A stretch of DNA of 62,880 nucleotides, filler included, from Choristocarpus tenellus KU-1152 (taxonomy: Eukaryota > Protista > Phaeophyceae): NCBI GenBank assembly GCA_964200185.2. It is 10 parts of 10 records of this genome, joined end to end, with 100 filler letters (N's around TTAATTAATTAA, not from the genome) between each part and the next. Parts side by side here need not be neighbours in the genome. Positions count along the whole stretch, not along the records: positions 49,927 to 56,518 come from CAXNAD020007799.1; positions 56,619 to 59,790 come from CAXNAD020021792.1; positions 59,891 to 62,880 come from CAXNAD020023100.1; 7 more parts are not named here. The stretch is one strand, 5' to 3'. The position numbers were made by a program, and so were the translations under genes. Below the pieces are notes generated by a model, which was given only the letters and a program-made list of their open reading frames with translations, made no database searches and was not told the DNA's origin. Below are positions 53,401-62,880 of this stretch, one piece after another; position 1 is the stretch's first letter, and each line of letters opens with the position of its first letter.

Positions 53401-55481
53401 GTACAGGGATTGGAAGGGAAGGGAGGGAGAGACAGCTTTGTCAGACAAAGCAATATACAAATCATGTAATTACATGAGCTGGAAGCCAGGGTGACACTCA
53501 AACGATGTGTTTCTGTGATATCCTGAGGGTGTAGAGATGTTGATATGGTGCCATAGGTCTCAAAGATGTATCTATTTACCATGTCCTGAAATATGTTGGA
53601 CATGAAACAACCAGGAAGCAATGATAACAACTCATTTCACATGCACACAGTACCCCCACTGGGCGTCACACCTTCCTTGCTATAGACCTAGGCAAGTCAA
53701 CACCTCTCCCAAAAAATGAATGTCACCACTCCACCTTCGACAACAATCACAACACAGGTCTTGAGCAAGGTCACACACTACAAAGACCACAATGAAGACG
53801 GTCTTTCGGTTGTGTGCAATCTCTATACACTGCTGTGAAGGGTCTCGACACTTCCAGCAAAAGAGTTACAACTCAGAAACAAATTGATAACCTGATCACC
53901 ATTATCTCCATCCATGTAAAACTTCCATTTTCACACCTTCACAACATATCAGTAGTGGACCTAACATGCACCAAATCCACTTGACTCCCACAATGGCAAA
54001 ACAGGTACAGTCAGTAAATGGATACACCAATGCTCTTGCTTTCACATTTGATGTTTTTACTACTAGTAGTAGTACTATCAGTACATAACTATTTTATTAC
54101 CATTTGACTATAACTGTATTTTAAAGTTAAACATACTTAAAATACATATACAATACATGTACAACACATATACATACTACACAGAACCACAGCGGCGACC
54201 ATCAGGAGAACCTATGGCACTGAAGGGTATTATCCTCAAACACACGTACCTGGCTATTGATTGTCAAGAAACCTCTCCGGTTGATTGCACCTAGAACTTG
54301 CCCAATCATGCCCGACTCAGGCTGCAGCTTTGCCTCACACCACGGCTGTACAGTACAACAAAGGCACCATATAAAGTAAAACCAAATGATAAGAGTCCAG
54401 AAATAATTCGTGGGCCGGGTCAACAAGCACTCACCACTCTCACAGGATTGACCTAAGACCCTTTAGTAATTCTTGCGGTCGGCACAGCTTAATGCAACAA
54501 CGACTTAATGCCAGCTACAGGCTTGTCAAGGCAAAAAACACAGGCATAGCCTAATATCAGTTCACAACCAGAATTTGAAAAAGTTGGACTAGGTACTGCT
54601 GCATTAGTCACAGTAGAAACCTAGGTAGAGGTGCAGCAGGGGAGAGCCGTTTCACTTGCACCTGTTCAATCTGCCCAACCAATCATACACAATTCATCCT
54701 GTTCTGAAGAGTCAACTCTTCGCCTACCTGCCTCTCCTCCCTGCTAACCAGATCTACGTTTACAAACGCCTCAGAAATATTAAAAAGACCTCTTGAACCA
54801 ACTGGAGCCCAGTATAGAGTAGGTTATACAGCACATTTCAAAACCTACCAGCTTGGGTATTTTCCCATCAATGTAGGAGGCGAAAGTCTCAAAAACCTCC
54901 TCTGGGGTTATGGGTGCTTCCCCCCACATAGCCTTACGGTCTTCCTTGGTGCCCAATGCGAATCTGAAAAAGTGTGTGTCACTCAAATCCCCAAATGCGG
55001 GACTCCTGCACAAGATTAAATATACAAGTAATGGACATGAGAGGGGATATTACACAATCAAACATAAAGAGTTAAGCGGGTCATTTATTTAAAGAGTTAA
55101 ACCAAACGCCATGTTCTTGTTTCCCATGAGATACACACACAACTGGCGTGTACAGGTCAGTTCCTCTACAAAATACAGAGTTACTTGGGTGCTGTACGGC
55201 ATTCAATTATTATTATTATTATTATTAAGTTGGAAAGCACTAATCCCGTTTATCTATGCATCAAAGCTGCAACAAGAGAGTGGGTATTTGTATCCTAGGT
55301 GCATATGTGTGCATCAGTGTGGTGTGTTTATTGGTTGGTAATGTGTATTGGTTGGTAATGCCAAGACATTGACATTATGCAGTCAGGTCACCTTCCGTCT
55401 CCCCAACGTCCATTGGGATACTCATCCCACACTTCAGTGCGCTTGAGATAGCTGTGAGGGCGGTTGGCCCAGTGGATAGGC
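50483..55481 (-). CDS. MTHFR: Methylenetetrahydrofolate reductase, 3' part (C-terminal regulatory/SAM-binding domain), 7 exons; 5' end outside contig
   Basis: Exons 55392-55481 ([30 protein letters not shown]), 54849-55005 (RSPAFGDL), 54250-54345 ([12 protein letters not shown]), 53233-53394 ([19 protein letters not shown]), 52460-52579 ([14 protein letters not shown]), 52051-52206 (VWKDEAF..VDND), 50483-50551 (stop). Phases all compatible. Confidence 0.96.
50831..51301. repeat. 33-bp minisatellite, ~14 copies, in the last MTHFR intron
   Basis: Unit gacactaagaaatactgtagataggtaacacaa, head-to-tail. Confidence 0.95.
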
Positions 55482-56279
55482 CTGAGGACCAACACACACA
55501 AAAATGATCAACATGTGATGGTTAGTGCCTATAACCAGCATTCAAAGGACAAAGGAACAGGAGACATAGAACAACATCGATGTCATGGGTTAGGGTTAGG
55601 GTTATCAGCACACTTAACACACACATGCAGGCATGATCCACTGAACGTGACCACAGGGTTGTAGTTGGGATGCAAGATAGCAATGCAGAGGTGCAATCTA
55701 CTTCTAGTCCTCTAGAGTACAAGTCTGTTTTGTGGAGAACACATTGGATGCATTGTTGGCAAAGTCAGACCAACCTCAAGCACGATATGATTTGACAAAC
55801 AATTTGAGTACAGTTGTACACATTTGAAAGGAAGGCATGTCTTCTCATCCGCCATACCTAGGTAGCAATACCCCACAACAAGGTCTGCCCACAACAAGGT
55901 CATTCAATGCCTCAGAGGAGTAGCAGCAAGTCAACACACAACACACCCCTTAGCCCAACACCAGCGCCATCACTATTTACATCACTATTTACAGCACTAC
56001 TCCCATCCACACTTTCACTCTCAAAGGTAAAACTATGTTCACAACCTGCACAAGCATTCTCAGTTCCAAAAAATAAAAAAATGTATATATTGCTCGTGAA
56101 AACTTCATCCATTGTACTGCATGGCATTACTTAGTCACCACTGGCAACAGGTGATCATTGAACTCCATGGTAACCTCAACTTACCCCTGTCAAGCAAGAT
56201 ACAGTGGATCTTCACCAGCGCACATCACACATGTAACTCATAGGCACCAAATGCACCAGAACTCTATTCAACAGCATTA

Positions 56280-56518
56280 CACAGTATACACTATACACAG
56301 TGCACACTATACACAGTATACACTATAAATAGTATAAACTATACATACACAGTACACACTATATACGGTATACACTATATACACTATACACAGTATACAC
56401 TATACACAGTATACACTATATACGGTATACACTATACACAGTATGCATTATAAATAGTACACACCATACACAATATACATAATACACGGTATACACTATA
56501 CACAGTGCACACTATACA
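56280..56518. repeat. Degenerate ~16-bp repeat (tatacactatacacag)
   Basis: Directly visible; runs into contig end. Confidence 0.85.
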
Positions 56519-56632
56519 NNNNNNNNNNNNNNNNNNNNNNNNNNNNNNNNNNNNNNNNNNNNTTAATTAATTAANNNNNNNNNNNNNNNNNNNNNNNNNN
56601 NNNNNNNNNNNNNNNNNNTTTTTTTTTTTTTT

Positions 56633-56670
<38 letters not shown>

Positions 56671-56674
56671 CTTT

Positions 56675-56712
<38 letters not shown>

Positions 56713-57257
56713 ACACACACACACAACTTTTCTTTTTTTTATCCGGGTAAGAGTCCCTGCGGTGTTTCATTGGACCGGCTCTTGTTTTGTAGCAAGCCTG
56801 TCCATGGCTTCATTTGTCGAGGGCAGTCCTTGGGTTCATTGGAACGGTCCCTTCTCCTCTCAAGTCTCTTCCTTTATTTTCGAAGCCAGTCCTTACACCC
56901 ATCGAGCAGGTCCTCCGTTTCTGTTGGGCCCACGGTCCCTTGTATTATCTCTTGAACCGCCTCTTACCCTTTTTATCCAATGAGTCTCTCCTTTTCCGTT
57001 GGGACCAGTCCCTCCTTTCCTGTTATTGAACCGGTCCCTACCTTTGTCAGACCAACAAACGCCTTTTTGTCTTCCTCCTCTTGCCTCTTTCCCGGTCCCC
57101 TGTCTAACCCTATATAATAATAATAATAAAACACTCTTTTCTCTGCGCTTCGGTCTCTTTCCTTTCTATTTTTTTGTATATTTTTTTCTTGAAGTCCCCT
57201 AATTCCCTTTTTTTGTATATTTCAAAAAAAAAAAAAAAACTCCCCTCCTGTTCACAG

Positions 57258-57511
57258 CGTGTGCTGAACCTTTTAGGCAACCAGCAGGCAGGTACTGGCT
57301 CTGTCGCTAGTGGTACCAGTGGCAGTGGCAGCCCCGCTGGGGGAGGACGGGGAGAAGCTGCCCCTGGTGCCGGTACTGGGGGGGTAGGGACCACTGCTGG
57401 GGCCGGGGGAGTGGGAATTGGAGGGGTTGTTGGGCAGCAACATCAGCAGCAGGCGTATCTGCAGGCTATGGTGGCGGCAAGGCTCCAGCAACAGCAAGTG
57501 CAGCAGCAAGT

Positions 57512-57542
<31 letters not shown>

Positions 57543-57563
57543 GTACAGCAAGCGCACCAGCAG
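57258..57563 (+). CDS. Internal exon encoding a Gly-rich then polyglutamine low-complexity segment (102 aa); host gene unknown
   Basis: CAG acceptor after pyrimidine tract, GT donor, phase 0-0, open frame RVLNLLGNQQAG...QQAHQQ. Confidence 0.7.
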
Positions 57564-57854
57564 GTGTGGTTAGTTTTTGTAGTGGTGCTGTGGAAGGCAT
57601 GTTGGGAGTTTTGGGGAATGGGGACATAGGGGGAATGATGGGGGGGGGGGGATGGTGGTTCTTTTCAGTCGTTGTGTAAGGAGTATTCTGAGGTTTGAGA
57701 GTATCGACAAGTGCCTGCGGTTGGTGTGAAGTGAAGTGAAGTGGTGGCGTACTTGCATACTAGTACAATCTACAATCAAGTGATGATCACTCTTTTGTTT
57801 GCTCGAGATTCAATCGGTGCGTAACGGGTTTTAAAATAAAATAACAATAAATAA

Positions 57855-57889
<35 letters not shown>

Positions 57890-59545
57890 CGGAACAGGTT
57901 TTTTACCGTTTCTTATCGGGTTCTTCCAAAAGGGAAGATTCTTTGTCGTTTTCTTTTTGTATATTTTTTGAAGAAAATTATTTTTTTATTTCTCATCTTT
58001 TTTTTCAAAACGGGATATTCTTTTCTTTTTTTTTAACGAGTTGTTGAGATCAGACCAAGAACAATATATGTTTTTTTTTGCCGCTGCGAAACTCGTAAAA
58101 CTTGCACACAAGAGTGACATACATGCACTGGAGCATGATTGTACACAAGAGTGCTTCGACTGCTGCTGTCTGTGGAGGGTGATCTGCAGGCTATGTTACG
58201 TTACTTTTTTTCTTTTTTTTTTTGGGGGGGGGGAAGTAAAATGACTGCTGCTAGCTAGTGTTGTCTGGTTTTCCTAAGTCTTTGTGCTGAATTATTTTTT
58301 TATTGAAGTGAAATTATGCCCCCCCCCCTTCGTAAAATCTGGATCTTTTAGTTCTACGTGCCTCTGTTGGTAAGTGCGATCAAAATTTCGTTAGAACTCT
58401 TGTGTGGAAGGGTTCAGTTGTTTTTTTTATATAGCACCCTGCGCTACCACCGTAGCGATTTTTTTTTATGTTGATTTAAATAAGAGAGGTTGAAGGCCGT
58501 GGAATTGTTGTCGCCCCAGTTTTCCTAAAAGAGACGTGCGTTCCTTGGAGTTGTTTCGATAGAATTTTGTTAAGAGCTCTGTGGTAAGAGTCTGGATTAT
58601 AAAAATAATACTGCATACAATTACCGTAGTAGTTTTTTTTTATGTTAATTAAAATAAATAAGAGAGGTTTGAAACTGTGAAATCGTTGGCGCCCTTTTGA
58701 ATCCGTTTGGAGAATTTGGGTTTAAAATACTGGAGAATGGTGGATGGGGGGGGGGCTCAGTAACATCAGAGAGGGAGAGACATACGATCAACTTTTGAGA
58801 TAGCACCTGTGAATACCTCATTTGGGACATGTGATTCCCAAGGGTATTATGATGTTACCCCATTTTGTGTGGAAGAGCCGATTTCCCCTACAAGATGTGT
58901 CACGTTATGTCATGTTATGTCGTGTTTTGTCACATTATGTCACGTTATGTCTCGTTATGTCATGTTATGTCACATTATGTCACGTTTTGTCACGTTTATT
59001 GCTTCTAGGCATGACCAGTAGTCCCGTGATGCGGGGGCCGCTTGGTCCGGAAGGACTTTCTGTTCTTTATTTGGTTTTCTTTTCTTTTCTTTTTTTGTAA
59101 AGGTGGTACACACCGTTTTGACCTTTCTTTTTGTTTTTCGTTTGGCATCACATCACATCACATCACATAACATAACATAACATAACCCCGTTGTTACAGG
59201 GAGAAAAGAAAAAAACAAAGAAAAAAGAAAAAAAAAGAAGTATTCGTTCGATGTAAGTTTCTTTCTTTCTTTCTTTTTCACGGGTGTGTGAAGGGGCCTT
59301 GAGATTCTCGCTTTGTGGAGGAGATAGAGGACGACGAATGAAGAGCCGATTTTTTTCCTTTTTTTGTATATTTTTGTGCTGTCCATCCGTCCGTCCGTTC
59401 ACATCAACGCAACATTTGGCACCTGTTGTCCCAGAAAATGAATTGCCATTGAGGGTGGTTGGTAGAAGCGGCGGGTACAAGGAGAGGTTACTCACTCGAG
59501 GGCCTACAATGCTCAAAAGCACCTCCCTTTCAGATAGAACATGTT

Positions 59546-59790
59546 GATATATCGACACTAGAGGATGTGGTATACCTTTTTTTGTCTAATAGGTTGATTG
59601 ATATATATCGACACTAGAGGATTTGGTGTACCTTTTTTTGTCTAATAGGTTTGTATATCGATACTGGAGGATGTGGTGTACCTTTTGTCTAATAGGTTTG
59701 TATATCGATACTGGAGGATGTGGTACACCTTTTTGTCTAATAGGTTTGTATATCGATACTGGAGGATGTGGTACACCTTTTTGTCTAATA
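59546..59790. repeat. ~48-bp minisatellite, ~5 copies to contig end
   Basis: Unit tatatcgatactggaggatgtggtacacctttttgtctaataggtttg. Confidence 0.9.
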
Positions 59791-60099
59791 NNNNNNNNNN
59801 NNNNNNNNNNNNNNNNNNNNNNNNNNNNNNNNNNTTAATTAATTAANNNNNNNNNNNNNNNNNNNNNNNNNNNNNNNNNNNNNNNNNNNNATCTGCCCCC
59901 CCCCCCCACCCTGTCAGATACGCTGATCTGCATCTGTCTATTTTCTCGGGCAAGTTGTTGGACTTGTTATGGTGTTTTTGGGCAACAGGCGGTGTTGGGC
60001 AGTGAGAAGGTCTAGGAGTGATGGGATTCGAAGCCGGGCGTATGAACTTTGTTTGAGCTTCGGGCGATCCGTGGAACCACCCTGAGATCCATGATCCTG

Positions 60100-60830
60100 A
60101 AAATCCGTGCATTGCAGTTTTTGGAAGTTGTAAATCAGATTATACCCATACTTACAATTTTTTAAAATACAAAGCACATACTTCATTGATCTTGTATGTT
60201 TCCAACGTTCAGAAACCAAAAGGTAAAAATGTAACTTGCACCCTCTACATATTTGAAGTACAAAATCTTAAATTTTTGGACATTTGCATTTAAAAAAATA
60301 CTAGAGACGACAAAACACGGTTCTTTGGGTTTAGGGGATCCGATCGGATCCCCTAAACCCTTGAACACCCAAAACACGTGCATTAGGATTTTTAGAAATA
60401 GTAAATCCAGTAATAACCGTTCTTACAATTTTTGAAAATACAAAGCACTCACTTTATGGGTCTCACACGTTTCCAATTTTCAGAAACTACAAGGTCACTT
60501 CCAACTGGTACCCACAATTTTTTTAAATACTAAAACCACTTTTTGGCGACATTAGTATTAAAAAAAATATTAGAGACGACAAAAAAGCGGATCTAGAGTT
60601 TTAAAGATCCTCTCTGATCTTTTAAACCCTTGAAGACCCAAAATGCGTGCGTTAGGGTTTTTACGGAATAATTATAATATTCTAATCTTTAGATCAACAA
60701 ATACAAATACAAACCACATCCTTCATTGATCCAATACGTATGAAACGTACGAAACGAAAAGGTCACAAAAAACTGTTACTCTCTGTCTCTTTTCAGTACG
60801 AAATCGTATGCTGTTCGATATTCGTATTTT
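60100..60830. repeat. Diverged ~270-bp tandem repeats (about 3 units) containing a palindrome
   Basis: Units start ~60100, 60371, 60640 (cgtgc, aaatacaaa, tagagacgacaaaa, aaacccttgaa); perfect palindrome 60327-60360. Confidence 0.8.
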
Positions 60831-61043
60831 TTTGTAACACAATTGTCAAAGGAAAGGCAAATCTGAGTTTTGAGGACCGACCGACCAGATGAAGTAAAGC
60901 AGCACCTCTCATCCCTCAGTCCTCATTTCAATTCATTCGTTTCCGTACATACCACGCGCACCTGTTATGTACCGATCTCCGTCACACCTTCCCAACCTTC
61001 GCCATGTCCAGCATTCGCTCAACAACAACCCACATGCACGGAG

Positions 61044-61652
61044 ATGGTGTGTCCACTGAGCGAGCGTGGCCTTGCGCACGCCAGCAAGTCCATCCGTGAA
61101 AAAGGCTGGTTGGAGCAGTTTGCTCCGTCTGTCGTCATCCAACGAGACTGCTTAGGCAAGCGCAATTTCGGCGGTGAGCTGGTTCCGAGTGAAAGTATCT
61201 TAGAGGGTACGAGTTTTGTTCTGTTTGTCCATTTGGGACTTGGCTTCCCTCGGGGTTATTATGACATTTTCCTACTCCAAAATATTTCGGAGTAGGTAAA
61301 ATTTATACGTTATGAAAAGGTGTGTTTGGAACAAGGGTTTTGACACTTCCTAACAAACACGATAGTCAAAATTACATTGAAATTGCAACACTGGATTTTG
61401 GCCCCCAAATGGACGCGGCTCTACCCTCTGAGATACTTCGGCTCTTCCCGTTACCTAAGCAGCTCAGGGGACGCACCATCTCCGTGCATGTGGTGTTGCC
61501 GAGTTTCGAAACTGTGCTTGCCATTCAAGGACGAACACTGGACGGAAACCATAGAATAACGGTGCTGAAGAGAGAGTTTGATCCCGAACGCGCTTTCATG
61601 ATGTGGGTCTACATGGAGTTTAACTAAGCAGAAGAAAGGCTAATTGCCAACG
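61044..61652 (+). pseudogene. ParB/sulfiredoxin-like domain gene remnant
   Basis: VCPLSERGLAHASKSIREKGWLEQFAPSVVI and RTLDGNHRITVLK...WVYMEFN*AEERLIAN; phase-compatible intron 61174-61529; in-frame TAA at 61625. Confidence 0.55.
61187..61444 (+). mobile_element. Sola2-like MITE, family A
   Basis: gagtgaaagtatcttagagggta...agatacttcggctc; 4-bp TSD ttcc/ttcc. Confidence 0.92.
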
Positions 61653-62149
61653 GTGGGTGATGGAGTGTTGTCGTTGTTCCATGATCGCCTGATGACTCTT
61701 CTGATGTACAAAGTTGTTACCGAGTTTCCTTTGTTTGGTTCATCATCAGTCAGCCAATTCTTGATATTTTCGTTGTTGATCTTTTTTATCCCTTGTGGTC
61801 TTTCTGTCGACAGCAACATGTTGCTCACTACTGCCTTCCGTGTGTGTCCCGTGACCGCTTCCCACCTACCCCTTGCCCCGTTCGCCCACTGCGATGTGTT
61901 ACAAGTCCAACAACTTGCCCGAGAAAATAGATCAATGCAGATTGGCATATCTGACAGGGTGGGGGGGTGGGAGCAGATCGCAACAAACGATACCTCGGGC
62001 ACGACTGAGATATTCGTACAAAGACGTCAATCATCATATAATGTCAATACTTCTATGCGCTCAGTGGTAGCTTCTGTCAGAATAGTATCATCATCGTCAT
62101 CCCAACCAAGTGGACCTGCACCTTCGACACAAATGGAAACTGGCAGCTA

Positions 62150-62880
62150 AGGAGAATCTGCCTATGGACCTAGAGCAGTCGTCACAACACTTGTCCCTGA
62201 AGGGGGCACGCCCATCGATTGGAGACCCCAAGATTCTTGCTTACGCAATGAGAAAAGCAATTGCTGTACCTGCCACTAGGGGAGCAGGACATTAGCAGGA
62301 GCAGTAACTAAGCCTCCTCCAGAAAGGAAAGGAGGAGCTAACCGTGGGGAGCCTGGGAGCACTCTAGTCGCTGGGACCATAAACTCATGGAAGAGAACAC
62401 AGAAGGTCAGCGGAAGAGGCGGACAAGGTACAACTGGTCAACGTACGGACCATATTACAACAAAGATCAGGACCAACAGAAGTTGTTTAAACTGTGGTCT
62501 GATCAAGCATATTGGTCCTTGTTCTTTTGAAGGAATATGCTACAACTGTGGAGGTAAAGGAAACGTTCAGATCATTTGTCGCCAGAGGAGAGCGACACCG
62601 TCTTAACAGGCGGAGGAATTAGCTGGACCAGGGTTGGAGCCAGAAAAGAAAAACAGAGGAAGCTTGTCAGCAAAGGGCTGCCTGTACAAGACTTGGAAGT
62701 CTTGGAAGTAAATTTTATCTACTCCAGACCATCAAGAACCATCTTCCATATCCGAGGCACCCTGGCGAGGAAGGTTGTTAGCAAAGGACTTCACTCAACA
62801 AGAGGATGTACAAGACATTCAATTATGATAGGCTTCAAGCCTGGGGGAGTGAGTGCTACGTCCAACAAGAGAAACAGCAA
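62150..62880 (+). mobile_element. Decayed LTR-retrotransposon (Copia-like) gag fragment
   Basis: Tandem knuckle remnants CLNCGLIKHIGPC and CYNCGGKGNVQIIC (~62483-62582); stops and frameshifts. Confidence 0.6.

Overview
Eukaryotic, intron-rich, transposon-laden genomic DNA. It is most likely from a stramenopile or brown alga, inferred from 72-nt LRR exons, long introns and interstitial TTAGGG. The window is not one continuous locus. It consists of ten contigs joined by ~100-nt N spacers carrying TTAATTAATTAA (8971-9070, 13653-13752, 19938-20037, 30734-30833, 33459-33558, 45192-45291, 49827-49925, 56519-56618, 59791-59890). Host genes reconstructed by hand from splice sites: a complete 6-exon short-chain dehydrogenase (14367-17596,+), the last seven exons of MTHFR (50483-55481,-), three exons of a CDK-like probable pseudokinase (9744-13135,+), five 72-nt LRR cassette exons (25828-30575,-) and a Gly/Gln-rich exon (57258-57563,+). 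The rest is mostly decayed mobile DNA: a Sola2-type DDD transposase, about a dozen related MITE copies or termini (GRG...aaagtatct ends, mostly 4-bp TSD), and mariner, IS630/Tc1-like, probable MULE and Copia-like fragments. The best leads are: (i) MITEs in the LRR exon array, one exactly at an exon-cassette duplication boundary; (ii) a fully palindromic MITE at an apparent rearrangement breakpoint; (iii) a ParB/Srx-like gene remnant beside ~270-bp tandem repeats carrying a perfect 34-bp palindrome; (iv) the HRD-less CDK-like protein. All family assignments are motif recognition by eye, not database searches.
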